A DNA stretch of 64,000 nt from an uncultured Lachnospiraceae bacterium (lineage in GTDB: Bacteria; Bacillota; Clostridia; Oscillospirales; CAG-272): positions 446-64,445 of the forward strand of contig CAYPRM010000006.1 of assembly GCA_964413365.1 (NCBI GenBank). Direction: 5' to 3'. Below are positions 18,812 through 28,047 of this stretch, piece by piece. Positions within the stretch are counted from its first letter, which is position 1, and each line of letters starts with the position of its first letter. The position numbers and the translations under genes are program-made. The notes below the pieces were generated by a model. That model made no database searches, had not been told where the DNA came from, and saw nothing but the letters and a program-made list of their open reading frames with translations.

Positions 18812-19792
18812 ATGAAAAGAATAACATCCCTGATGCTCACGTTACTCATTCTTGCGCTGACGCTCAGCGGCTGCTTCAGCTTCGGGCTTGGTGATAGCGA
18901 TATTGGCAAGTGCAGGGTGAATTTCTACGTTGAAGATATACTTTACAAATCGACCGAGGTGAGCATTGGAAGCACCGTTACGATGCCACGCGATCCGACG
19001 CTATCAAACATGGTCTTTGTCGGCTGGTTCACCGACGGACTGCTCTCCCACAGGTTCGATTTTTCGGAAAAGCTCCTTACGGATATAAATCTTTACGCGC
19101 ACTTCACGCTCGATGCCGAGGCGATAACGGATATGGTACAGCAGACGAGCGCGCACAGTCTTGTTACCATTTACAGCAAGTACTACAACACGGCGATGGG
19201 AGGTCTTATCGAAACGGAGTCCAACACCTCCCAAGGCTCGGGAGTAATTATAAATATTGCGAGCGGCTGGTGCTACGTTCTCACCAACTGCCACGTGGTC
19301 GAGTCGATGGAGGGCTTTGCAAACCAGAAGATAACCGTTGAGGACGTCTGGGGCGACCAGCACGAGGCGCAGATCTACAAAAATCCGAAAAAGACCGACA
19401 GCGCGATCAGTGAGGCTTACGATCTCGCCCTCATCTGCTTCAAGTACACGCCCAGCACGGACAAGGAGCTTGTTGAGGTGCAATATGCGTCGAAGGATCC
19501 CAAGGTCGGCGATGCGGTGATCTCCCTCGGCGCACCTGCAGGTCAGAAGAATTCCCTCACCTGCGGCGAGATAGTCAGCTATCGCAGGATCGAGGTCAGC
19601 GATGGCGGTGCGCTCGATTTCGACGTCATCGTTCACGGTGCGGCTATAAATCACGGCTCGAGCGGCGGTCCGCTTCTCAATTCGCAGGGGCTTCTTATCG
19701 GTCTGAACTACGCAGGCTTTGAGGACGGCGAGTTCGGATGCGCGATACCCATCTCAAAAATCCTTGAATTTATGAATACATACACATACTAA
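18812..19792 (+). CDS. trypsin-like serine protease lipoprotein with an N-terminal Listeria-Bacteroides (Flg_new) repeat
   Basis: Lipobox LTLSGC. FVGWFTD...INLYAHF repeat. Catalytic triad context TNCHVV, DLALI, NHGSSGGPL. Confidence 0.8.
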   Translation: MKRITSLMLTLLILALTLSGCFSFGLGDSDIGKCRVNFYVEDILYKSTEVSIGSTVTMPRDPTLSNMVFVGWFTDGLLSHRFDFSEKLLTDINLYAHFTLDAEAITDMVQQTSAHSLVTIYSKYYNTAMGGLIETESNTSQGSGVIINIASGWCYVLTNCHVVESMEGFANQKITVEDVWGDQHEAQIYKNPKKTDSAISEAYDLALICFKYTPSTDKELVEVQYASKDPKVGDAVISLGAPAGQKNSLTCGEIVSYRRIEVSDGGALDFDVIVHGAAINHGSSGGPLLNSQGLLIGLNYAGFEDGEFGCAIPISKILEFMNTYTY

Positions 19793-19832
19793 AAAAATAA
19801 CGGTCGCTCGCGACCGTTATTTTTTATTTTTT
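19791..19832. terminator. bidirectional rho-independent terminator
   Basis: ATAACGGTCG-CTCG-CGACCGTTAT flanked by an A7 run and a T-run. Confidence 0.8.
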
Positions 19833-20410
19833 CTAAATCCTATGACTCTTATTATCACGGGCGAGAGAAGGGCACACATTCCTATCTCAAAAAGGAAATT
19901 TCCAAACGCCAATGCTGCAAATACCGCTATTCCGCTAACATTAAGTCCTAACATCTCGGCGATCCTCTCCGCGCTCGGCATAAAAAATACCACGCAACCG
20001 AGCAGAAATACCGCCGTATTGACAAGGGGACAAGCGATGGCAGCAGAGATCGCCGCGGCGGTTTTACCAAGTCTCTCAACGAGACGATAGACCAGCCCCG
20101 AGGCAAGCCCACAGAGCGTTCCCTTTGCAATTACGGTGATCACCGTTCCGGGGATACTGAACATAAAGAAGAGATTTCCCCCTCCCGTGATCAGCACCAC
20201 CACTCCAAATACAAATCCAAGCCACGCGCCCACCGCAGGACCGCACATTGCCGCACCGATTATTATCGGTATCAGCGCGATCGCGGTCGAGAACGGTCCG
20301 AAGAATGCCGTGTACGTTGCGAGGCACTGAAGCACGGCAACAAGTGCCGTCATCAGCGACGCGAGCACGAGAGTCTCGGTCTGCATCCTTCCGTTTCTTT
20401 GTTTTATCAT
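19817..20410 (-). CDS. ECF transporter S component (candidate pantothenate-specific, PanT-like)
   Basis: Start at MIKQRNG (AGGAGA RBS). About six TM segments and small size. Lies immediately downstream of coaX. Confidence 0.6.
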   Translation of the reverse strand: MIKQRNGRMQTETLVLASLMTALVAVLQCLATYTAFFGPFSTAIALIPIIIGAAMCGPAVGAWLGFVFGVVVLITGGGNLFFMFSIPGTVITVIAKGTLCGLASGLVYRLVERLGKTAAAISAAIACPLVNTAVFLLGCVVFFMPSAERIAEMLGLNVSGIAVFAALAFGNFLFEIGMCALLSPVIIRVIGFRKNKK

Positions 20411-20494
20411 AAATTCTCCTTGCTGTCGCTCGCACCTGCGATGCAACGCATATATTTATTTTCAGCCCGAGGGCTATCTGACAAAGATATTTGA

Positions 20495-21265
20495 TTATTT
20501 ATTTTTTCTGTAAATTATATTAAGTCCCTTTAGCACAAGGTCGGGATCGCGGAGCATACTGTCAAAATGCGTACAATGGGGCACTATCGCGTCCGCATAT
20601 CCTCCCGTAACGAGGGGTGTGAGCGTCCTTCCCTGCTCGGCGCATATCCTGTCGATCATTCCGTCGATCATTGAGGCGTTTCCAAACACGACGCCGCTCT
20701 TCATACAGTCGACGGTGTTCTTGCCAATGACCGTGGCAGGTGCCTCAAGCCCCACTCTCGGCAGCTGTGCCGTTCCCGAGGAGAGTGCCTCAAGTCCCAT
20801 CATTACGCCGGGGATTATCGAAACGCCGACAAACGCCCCACTCTCGTTGGTAGCGATCATCTTCGTCGCCGTGCCGATGTCGATAATGAGCATCGGTGCG
20901 CCGTAAAGCTCTCTTGCCGCAACGCAGGAGCAGATGAGATCCGCGCCGACGGACGAGGGCGAGTCGCAGAGTATGCCGATCCCCGTCTTGATCCCGGGGG
21001 AGACCATCATCGGACGCACGCCGTAGGCAAGCTCTATCGCGCCGCGCATCGTGGAATTGAGGGGCGGAACGACGCTGGATACGATCGCGCCCTCGACATT
21101 CTCCCTGCTGACGCCGTGGAGCGTCAGAATGTGAAGTATCTTGCTCGCATATTCGTCCTCGGTCTTGGAGGAGTCGGTGGATATCCGCACGACGAAGCGA
21201 AGCTCCTCGCCCTCAAAGCCACCGAGTGCAATACTCGTATTTCCAATATCTATCGCCAATATCAT
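20495..21265 (-). CDS. coaX: type III pantothenate kinase
   Basis: MILAIDIGNTSI..., GADLI, IDIGTATK motifs. Confidence 0.92.
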   Translation of the reverse strand: MILAIDIGNTSIALGGFEGEELRFVVRISTDSSKTEDEYASKILHILTLHGVSRENVEGAIVSSVVPPLNSTMRGAIELAYGVRPMMVSPGIKTGIGILCDSPSSVGADLICSCVAARELYGAPMLIIDIGTATKMIATNESGAFVGVSIIPGVMMGLEALSSGTAQLPRVGLEAPATVIGKNTVDCMKSGVVFGNASMIDGMIDRICAEQGRTLTPLVTGGYADAIVPHCTHFDSMLRDPDLVLKGLNIIYRKNK

Positions 21266-21420
21266 ATCAAATACCGCCTTTCCGTATTCCAAATAGGGAT
21301 TATACCATAAACATCGCCTCTTGTCAAATGTTTTTGCACACCTTGCGCATTTTTATGCGGTTTTTCTTGATTTTTTTGCGATCCTGTGCTATAATTGAGG
21401 CAGAAAAGGAGGTGGACACG

Positions 21421-22464
21421 GTGGATATCATTACAAATGCGGACTTTTCCTCGAGAATTTCGAGGGGGGAGCTTGAAAATTACATTTTTTACGGCGACGA
21501 GGACTATCTCAAGAGCCGCGCGGTCGATAGCCTCCGTTCCGCCATGGAGATCGAGGACTCGCTCGCGATATTCAATTTTGTGAAGCTCGACGTGCTCGAT
21601 TACAGCTCCGAGAGACTGATTGACGTCCTCTCGATGCCGCCGATGATGGCGGACAGGAAGCTCGTCGTCCTCACAGGTCTTAATATCAAGAAAATGTCGG
21701 GCAGGTCAAGCTCCGAGCTTCAGGGTCTCATTGATGCGCTCGCACACCTTGAGGAATTCGATTACAATGTGTTCGTTCTCCTTGTGGGGGCAGGCTCGAT
21801 CGTCGAGGAGCTACCGAAAAAGCCGCCGACGGGCGCGCTAAAGCAGCTCTCCGAGATCCTGCGTCCCGTCAAATTTGAGTCCCCGACGCCGCAAAAGCTC
21901 GCGCTTTGGGCAGGGCGGCACTTCAGCCACCGTGGCATTACCGCATCCGTGGCGGACTGTGCGTACCTTATCGACTACTGCGGCAAGGATATGTTTACGC
22001 TCACAGGGGAGATCGAAAAGCTCTGCTTCTACGCTCGCTCGCAGTCGCGCACGGAGCTAAGACGTGAGGATATCCCCCTTATCTGCTCGCAGGAAATGGA
22101 GTACGGGGCGTTTGAATTTTCAAATGCGATACTCGACGGCAGGCGCGCTGATGCGCTCTCGATCCTCTCCGTTATGAAATTCAGGCAGCTTGAGCCTCTG
22201 ATCATAATGGGCGAGCTTTCGGGCATCTTCTCGGATCTCTTAAGGATCAAGCTCATGCTCCAGAGTGGAAATACCCCGTCGCAGATTGCGACTGCCACGG
22301 GAATAAACGTCCACAAGGTCAACATCTATGCCGCAAGTGCAAGGGGGCAGGAGCTATCACGCCTCATTCGCATCTCGCAGATGGCGGCGGAGGCGGATCT
22401 TGCGATGAAAACACGCTTCGACTCGGGATATCTTCAGCTTGAGAGATTAATTTGCTCACTTTAA
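21421..22464 (+). CDS. holA: DNA polymerase III subunit delta
   Basis: GTG start 8 nt after AAAGGAGG. The size (347 aa) and sequence (YIFYGDEDYLK...) fit HolA. The longer ORF from 21226 overlaps coaX and was rejected. Confidence 0.8.
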   Translation: MDIITNADFSSRISRGELENYIFYGDEDYLKSRAVDSLRSAMEIEDSLAIFNFVKLDVLDYSSERLIDVLSMPPMMADRKLVVLTGLNIKKMSGRSSSELQGLIDALAHLEEFDYNVFVLLVGAGSIVEELPKKPPTGALKQLSEILRPVKFESPTPQKLALWAGRHFSHRGITASVADCAYLIDYCGKDMFTLTGEIEKLCFYARSQSRTELRREDIPLICSQEMEYGAFEFSNAILDGRRADALSILSVMKFRQLEPLIIMGELSGIFSDLLRIKLMLQSGNTPSQIATATGINVHKVNIYAASARGQELSRLIRISQMAAEADLAMKTRFDSGYLQLERLICSL

Positions 22465-22480
22465 TAAAAAAACAAAAAAC

Positions 22481-22515
22481 AATAACCGAGCCGAGGCTCG
22501 GTTATTATTATTTTT
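22481..22515. terminator. bidirectional rho-independent terminator
   Basis: AATAACCGAGC-CGAG-GCTCGGTTATT 11-bp stem with an A-rich left flank and a T-rich right flank. Confidence 0.8.
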
Positions 22516-22741
22516 GGTCGTAATCGTCGGTGCTTTTGCTCTCCGAGATCGACTCCCTGTCAATACTTCCCTCGGTCAAAATGTACCCGAGCAGGACGCC
22601 GAGCGCGCCGAGGACGGTAAGGAGCTTTTCCGTAGTCAGCTCGTCCACGCCGAACAGCACGCACAGCGCGGCTGCAAATGCGCCGATCGCCGCCCAGAGC
22701 TTTCTGCTCGTGAGCTTTCTTATGATATCCTCACGCTTCAT
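22508..22741 (-). CDS. small two-TM protein with a charged C-terminus (class II holin-like)
   Basis: 77 aa. GGAGG RBS 5 nt upstream. ATGA overlap with the upstream ORF. Two hydrophobic segments and a tail ending DRESISESKSTDDYDQK. Confidence 0.65.
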   Translation of the reverse strand: MKREDIIRKLTSRKLWAAIGAFAAALCVLFGVDELTTEKLLTVLGALGVLLGYILTEGSIDRESISESKSTDDYDQK

Positions 22742-22965
22742 TTGACCTCCCCCGCCCTCTCGAGTGCCAAAATTCGCTTGTCGTGCTCCGCAAGCTCGCC
22801 GTAAAAGTGTGCATTCTTCGAGGTCTGTCTGTCCATCGTTTCCTTCAGCTGGAGCACCGCGCTCTCAAGCCTCGAGAGCGTAGAGTTGACCTTGATAACG
22901 ACGTTCATCACCGCTATAAATGCGGAAAGTATGCCGAACATTCCGACCGCTATCTCCCATGTCAT
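22738..22965 (-). CDS. small N-terminally anchored coiled-coil membrane protein (XhlA-like architecture, inverted topology)
   Basis: 75 aa. AAGGGAGA RBS. N-terminal TM IAVGMFGILSAFIAVMNVVI, then heptad-like LSRLESAVLQLKETMDR. Confidence 0.6.
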   Translation of the reverse strand: MTWEIAVGMFGILSAFIAVMNVVIKVNSTLSRLESAVLQLKETMDRQTSKNAHFYGELAEHDKRILALERAGEVK

Positions 22966-23071
22966 AGGCTCTCCCTTCCGAGCATTTCCGTTATTCCGAT
23001 ATCATTATATAACGGATATGGGGGCTGTGCGCGACAGATTTTTGTCGCAGAGAAAAAATTTGCAAAAGACC

Positions 23072-23100
23072 TTGACATTTTTTTCGCATTGTGATATACT
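23072..23100 (+). promoter_or_regulatory. sigma-A-type promoter of the valS leader
   Basis: TTGACA, 17 nt spacer, TATACT. Confidence 0.6.
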
Positions 23101-23106
23101 CACAGT

Positions 23107-23346
23107 ATATGAAACGCTACGACGGGAAGTAGTAGCGCGATCATCGCCGAAAGAGAGCAGGCGGTCGGTGCGAGCCTGCGGTATGAGATCGTGTGAAGTC
23201 GTCCCCGAGCGGTCCCTGTGAGCCACTGCGGCGGTTAGCAGAGAACGGGCACTCCACGTTAAGGAGCCTTGAGTGCGCACCTCGGTGCGAAATCAGGTGG
23301 TACCGCGTTCCACGTCCTGATACGGACGTGGCTTTTTGTTTTTTTG
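23107..23346 (+). promoter_or_regulatory. T-box riboswitch (Val specifier) controlling valS
   Basis: AGAGA box at 23152-23156. GAA-GUC-G specifier context at 23195-23201. T-box core AATCAGGTGGTACCGCG at 23291-23307. Terminator CCACGTCC...GGACGTGG plus T-run at 23310-23346. Confidence 0.9.
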
Positions 23347-23399
23347 CGGTCAGCTATAGGTTAAAAATCACAAGAAATATTAAGAAAAGGAAGAGAAAA

Positions 23400-26048
23400 A
23401 TGAAAAGCTACAACGAGCTTCCAAAGACGTATTCCCCCTCGGATTTTGAGGATAGGATATACGCAAATTGGTGTGAGAAGGGCTACTTCACACCCGACAA
23501 GAGCAATACCAACCCCTCCTTCTCAATAGTCATTCCTCCGCCCAACGTTACAGGTCAGCTCCATATCGGGCACGCCCTCGACGAGACGCTTCAGGATATA
23601 CTTGTTCGCTACAAGAGAATGCAGGGCTTCAACACCCTCTGGATCCCCGGAACGGATCACGCAGGTATCGCAACGCAGATCAAGGTCGAGGAAAGGCTCC
23701 GTGTGGACGAGGGCATCACTCGCTACGATCTCGGGCGTGAGAAATTCCTTGAGCGTGTCTGGGGCTGGAAGGACAATTACGAGGCAAGAATAACAAGCCA
23801 GCTCAAGAAGCTCGGCGTTTCCTGCGATTGGACACGTCAACGCTTCACCATGGACGAGGGCTGCTCTCGCGCGGTGCGTGAGGTCTTCGTCAACCTCTAC
23901 GACAAGGGACTTATTTACAGAGGACACAGAATAATCAACTGGTGCCCCCATTGTCTTACCGCTCTCTCCGATGCGGAGGTCGAATATCAGGATATGCCCG
24001 GTAGCTTCTGGCATATAAAGTACCCCATCAAGGGCGAGGACGGGTATGTTGAGGTCGCTACCACGCGTCCCGAAACGATGTTCGGTGATACTGCGGTCGC
24101 AGTCAACCCCGATGACGAGGCAACACGCCACCTTATCGGCAAGACGCTCATTCTGCCCATCGTCGGTCGTGAGATCCCCGTTATTGCGGACGATTACGTC
24201 GAGATCGGCTTCGGCACGGGCTGTGTAAAGATCACACCTGCGCACGATCCCAACGACTTCCTCGTCGGTCAGCGTCATGACCTCGAGCAGATAAAGGTAA
24301 TGAACGACGACGCCACGATGAATTCCTACGCAGGCAAGTACGAGGGCATGGACCGCTACGCCTGCAGAAAGGCACTCGTCGCAGATCTCGAGGAGCAGGG
24401 CTTCCTTGTCAAGACCGTGCCCCACGAGCATAACGTCGGCGTCTGCTACCGCTGTGGAACAGTCGTCGAGCCTACGACGAGCGATCAGTGGTTCGTTAAG
24501 ATGAAGCCCCTTGCCGCTCCTGCCATCGAGGCGGTCGAGTCGGGCGAGATCAGCTTCATTCCCGATAGATTTTCAAAGAATTACTTTAACTGGATGAATA
24601 ATATCCTCGACTGGTGCATCTCCCGTCAGCTTTGGTGGGGACACCGTATTCCTGCCTTCTATTGCGACTCCTGCGGCAAGATGACGGTCTCCAAGACGGA
24701 TATCACCACCTGCCCCGATTGCGGCGCGCCCGTTCGTCAGGACGAGGATGTGCTCGACACGTGGTTCTCCTCCGCGCTCTGGCCCTTCGAAACGCTCGGC
24801 TGGCCCGATAATACCGAGGAGCTTGAGAAATATTATCCCACGAGCGTGCTCGTAACGGGATATGATATCATCACCTTCTGGGTATCGCGTATGATATTCT
24901 CGGGACTTGAGCATGTCGGCAAAAAGCCCTTCTCCAAGGTGTTCATTCACGGTCTTGTCAGGGACGCTCAGGGCAGAAAAATGTCGAAATCACTCGGAAA
25001 CGGTATTGATCCGCTTGAGGTCATTGAGAATTACGGTGCGGACGCTCTCCGCTTTGCACTTGCTACGGGCAATTCCCCCGGAAACGATATGCGCTTCTCA
25101 CAGGAAAAGATAGAGGCGGCAAGGAACTTTGCAAATAAGCTTTGGAATGCGTCGAGATTCGTCAGAATGAATCTCACGATAGACGAGATAAAGCTCCCCG
25201 AGACCGAAAAGCTCGCGCTTGAGGACAAGTGGATACTCACAAGGTTCAATGAGCTTGCAAGGAGCGTTACATCCAACCTCGACAAATACGAGGTCGGCGT
25301 TGCGCTCTCCGAGATATACGGATTTACGTGGGATGTTTTCTGCGATTGGTATATCGAGCTTGCGAAAACAAGACTTGGCGAGAGCGGAACTGAGGCTAAC
25401 CTCACCTGCCAGAACGTTATCGCATACGTTCTCGTCGGCACGCTCAAGCTTCTCCATCCCTTTATGCCCTTCATCACCGAGGAGATCTACGGATCCATTC
25501 CTCACGAGAAGGAGAGCATCATGATCGACACGTATCCTGCGTACAGCGAGGAGCTTGAATTCTCCGCCGACGCAGAGAGCATGACGAGAATAATTGATGC
25601 GATCAAGGCAATACGCGCAAGAAGGAGCGAGATGAACGTCGCGCCCTCAAGACGCTCCAAGGTCTATATCGAGACGAAATATCGCGATGTTTTCGGCGAG
25701 TCGAGTGAAAAATTCTTCGTGCGCCTTGCCTCCGCATCCGAGCTCACCGTCAGCGAAAGGCTTGATCCCTCGCAGGTCAGCGCGGATACATCGGTTCAGA
25801 TAATCACCGATTCTGCGACTATCTACCTGCCGCTCTCGGATATCCTCGACTTTGAAAAGGAGAGAGCGCGCCTCGCATCGGAGCGTGAAAAGCTGCTCTC
25901 CGAGATCGAGAGGATCGAGAAAAAGCTGTCGAACGAGGGCTTTGTTGCGAAAGCGCCTGCCGCCGTCGTTGAGGGCGAGAGGGCAAAGCTCATCCGCTAC
26001 AAGGAAAACCTTGATGGCGTCATCAATGCGATCGAAAAATTAAAGTAA
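23400..26048 (+). CDS. valS: valine--tRNA ligase
   Basis: HIGH (QLHIGH) and KMSKS motifs, with a C-terminal coiled coil. Start at MKSYNELPK; the ORF extension to 23193 is the leader. Confidence 0.97.
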   Translation: MKSYNELPKTYSPSDFEDRIYANWCEKGYFTPDKSNTNPSFSIVIPPPNVTGQLHIGHALDETLQDILVRYKRMQGFNTLWIPGTDHAGIATQIKVEERLRVDEGITRYDLGREKFLERVWGWKDNYEARITSQLKKLGVSCDWTRQRFTMDEGCSRAVREVFVNLYDKGLIYRGHRIINWCPHCLTALSDAEVEYQDMPGSFWHIKYPIKGEDGYVEVATTRPETMFGDTAVAVNPDDEATRHLIGKTLILPIVGREIPVIADDYVEIGFGTGCVKITPAHDPNDFLVGQRHDLEQIKVMNDDATMNSYAGKYEGMDRYACRKALVADLEEQGFLVKTVPHEHNVGVCYRCGTVVEPTTSDQWFVKMKPLAAPAIEAVESGEISFIPDRFSKNYFNWMNNILDWCISRQLWWGHRIPAFYCDSCGKMTVSKTDITTCPDCGAPVRQDEDVLDTWFSSALWPFETLGWPDNTEELEKYYPTSVLVTGYDIITFWVSRMIFSGLEHVGKKPFSKVFIHGLVRDAQGRKMSKSLGNGIDPLEVIENYGADALRFALATGNSPGNDMRFSQEKIEAARNFANKLWNASRFVRMNLTIDEIKLPETEKLALEDKWILTRFNELARSVTSNLDKYEVGVALSEIYGFTWDVFCDWYIELAKTRLGESGTEANLTCQNVIAYVLVGTLKLLHPFMPFITEEIYGSIPHEKESIMIDTYPAYSEELEFSADAESMTRIIDAIKAIRARRSEMNVAPSRRSKVYIETKYRDVFGESSEKFFVRLASASELTVSERLDPSQVSADTSVQIITDSATIYLPLSDILDFEKERARLASEREKLLSEIERIEKKLSNEGFVAKAPAAVVEGERAKLIRYKENLDGVINAIEKLK

Positions 26049-26057
26049 ATAAAAATT

Positions 26058-26085
26058 AAGGACTCCGCTTTTGGAGTCCTTTTTT
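26058..26085 (+). terminator. rho-independent terminator of valS
   Basis: AAGGACTCC-GCTTTT-GGAGTCCTT followed by TTTT. Confidence 0.85.
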
Positions 26086-26160
26086 GTAAATGTATATATT
26101 GCCCACGGAAAAGCTTTTGCTCAAATAACGCTTATTCCGTGCTGATCTTTCGCCTTTTTC

Positions 26161-26268
26161 GGGAGGAGCAAGCCCCTTCTCTACCAATTTGTGGCGAAGC
26201 CACGACATCATTCGCACGAAGTGCTAACATCATTAGCCGAAGGCGACATATATGTTCGCTTTGCGAAC
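26161..26268 (+). repeat. copy A of multi-hairpin intergenic repeat family
   Basis: Modules in order: GGGAGGAGC.., GTGGC-GAA-GCCAC, CATCATT-CGCAC-GAA-GTGCTAA-CATCATT, GCC-GAA-GGC, GTTCGC-TTT-GCGAAC. 73 of 78 core positions are identical to the reverse complement of copy C (counted by eye). Confidence 0.8.
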
Positions 26269-26508
26269 AAGAAAACCCCGCGCAATCGTGTGCTCGGGAA
26301 TATAGAACCCTGTGTTCAGGGCGGTGCTCTATTGCCGTCTTTACTGCTCCCAGCGTCCGAGCACTCTTGCCAAGACAAGTCAATTGGGGAGAGGTCGGGA
26401 GGTCTGCAAACCAACGTCAAAGCTATCTTCGAGCTCCTTTAATCAAATGTAGGTTCAATCAACCAAGCATCACGGTATGCGCAGGATATTTTTGAATTTT
26501 TAGGCGGA

Positions 26509-26808
26509 TCAGTCGTCCACCTCGGCGTCATAGTCTATCTCGCTTGCAAAAAGCTCGTCGAAATAGTCCGCCGCCATATCGAATTCCGCATCGTCATCAA
26601 TGGAAACGAGAGCCTCGTCCCCGTCCTCCGTAACGGACTTCAATATAGTATACTCGCAGAATTCCTTATCGGGATCATCCTCAGCGGGAATGAATGCGTA
26701 GTACTGAACGCCCTTAAGCTCGGCAGCACCGATAAGCTCAAACTCTATCTCGTTGCCGTCCTCGTCCGTAAGGGTATAAAATTCTCTTTCTGTATTATTC
26801 GTGTCCAT
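26509..26808 (-). CDS. DUF1292 domain protein
   Basis: 99 aa, acidic. YTLTDEDGNEIEFELIG...YYAFIP is the typical DUF1292 pattern. Confidence 0.8.
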   Translation of the reverse strand: MDTNNTEREFYTLTDEDGNEIEFELIGAAELKGVQYYAFIPAEDDPDKEFCEYTILKSVTEDGDEALVSIDDDAEFDMAADYFDELFASEIDYDAEVDD

Positions 26809-26849
26809 TTTTTCAGCTCCTTTATTATTCTAATACTATTTTAACCCAT

Positions 26850-28046
26850 TTATGCATTTTTGTCAATAGATATATTATCAAAATTCAAAAGATCACAAAG
26901 AATTGAATTACTGACCTCAAATCCACGCTCCGTGAGTCTTATTCTCTCGCCATCGTCGTGTGCGAGTCCGAGCTTGACAGTCCTCGCGATCCTCTCGCCG
27001 TATTTTTCGTCGAGATCGGCGGAAAATCTCTCTCGCAGCTCCGTGCGCGCGACTCCGTCCGACGTGCGAAGTCCGAGCATCAGATATTCAAGCTCCCTCT
27101 CCGCTCTGTCTATCGCTCTCACCTCGGCAAGCCACTCGCCGCGGAGGTATTTTTCCATATCGGCGGTATTTTCACGTCTCTCGCCGAGGATATCGGAATG
27201 TGCGGCAAGTCCCATACCGAGGTACTCGTCGAGCCTCCAATATTTGCTATTATGCCTGCTCCGTCTGCCGAGGCGCGCGAAGTTGCTTATCTCGTAATGC
27301 TCATATCCTCCGTCGCGCAAAAGCTCCACTGCGAGCTCGTACATATCCGCCGCCTCGTCGTCGCTCGGCAGCTCGTAGCGCTCCCTCATTCGGCAGAGCG
27401 GCGTGCCCTCCTCAAGCTGGAGGCTATATATTGAGATATGCTCGGGGCAAAGCCCGATCATTGCGCGCACGGACGTCTCCAGTGTGGCGATCGTCTGCGA
27501 CGGCAGGGCGAGCATCAGATCGACGCTTATATTATCAAAGCCCGATCTCCGAGCGCAAAGCACCGTTTCCCTCGCCTGCTCGAATGTATGCCTTCTGCCG
27601 ATAAGCTTCAGCTCGGAATCGACGGCACTCTGTATGCCGACGGAGAGTCTATTGATGCCGAGGGTATGCAGAGATGTAAAATATTCCTCGCCGTCGTCAA
27701 GGTGCGTCAGCGGATTGCACTCGAGCGTGATCTCCGCTTCGGGGGACACGCAGAATGTTCCCCTCACCGTGCTAAGTATGCGTTCCGTCTGCTCGGGAGT
27801 CAGCAGGCTCGGAGTGCCGCCGCCAAGGTAGACGGTATCGACCTCGTAGCCGTACTCGCGCACCTCCCTGCCCCTCTGCTCTATCTCACGGCAGAGTGCG
27901 GACAAGTATTTTTCGATCTCCTCGGTGCCCCTTGCCGCAAACGAGGTAAAGTCGCAATAAAGGCATCTTGAGCGGCAAAACGGTATGTGTATATAAAGCC
28001 CCAAGGAATGGGGCTTTTTTGTATTTTTGAGGTTTTCGAGCTTCAT
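26850..28046 (-). CDS. hemW: radical SAM family heme chaperone HemW
   Basis: CRSRCLYCDF (CxxxCxxC). Start at MKLENLK, directly after the lepA stop; the longer ORF overlaps lepA. Confidence 0.88.
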   Translation of the reverse strand: MKLENLKNTKKPHSLGLYIHIPFCRSRCLYCDFTSFAARGTEEIEKYLSALCREIEQRGREVREYGYEVDTVYLGGGTPSLLTPEQTERILSTVRGTFCVSPEAEITLECNPLTHLDDGEEYFTSLHTLGINRLSVGIQSAVDSELKLIGRRHTFEQARETVLCARRSGFDNISVDLMLALPSQTIATLETSVRAMIGLCPEHISIYSLQLEEGTPLCRMRERYELPSDDEAADMYELAVELLRDGGYEHYEISNFARLGRRSRHNSKYWRLDEYLGMGLAAHSDILGERRENTADMEKYLRGEWLAEVRAIDRAERELEYLMLGLRTSDGVARTELRERFSADLDEKYGERIARTVKLGLAHDDGERIRLTERGFEVSNSILCDLLNFDNISIDKNA

Positions 28047-28047
28047 A

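Noticed and set aside
21226-21420. Upstream extension of the holA ORF.
   Set aside because: It overlaps the coaX 5' end on the opposite strand and has no RBS. The GTG at 21421 follows AAAGGAGG.
23193-23399. N-terminal extension of the valS ORF (951 aa versus 882 aa).
   Set aside because: The extension covers the T-box leader, including its terminator. The true start at 23400 gives the canonical [12 protein letters not shown]-terminus.
26440-26470. tRNA T-arm-like GTAGGTTCAATCAACC.
   Set aside because: The flanking bases do not form a T stem, and no acceptor or anticodon arms could be drawn.
26132-26495. ORFs of 83 aa (minus strand), 118 aa and 83 aa (both plus strand) in the valS/DUF1292 gap.
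   Set aside because: They read straight through the hairpin repeat (for example ...MMLALRANDVVASPQ...). They have no RBS and are Arg/Cys-rich. They are better explained as translation artefacts of a repeat.
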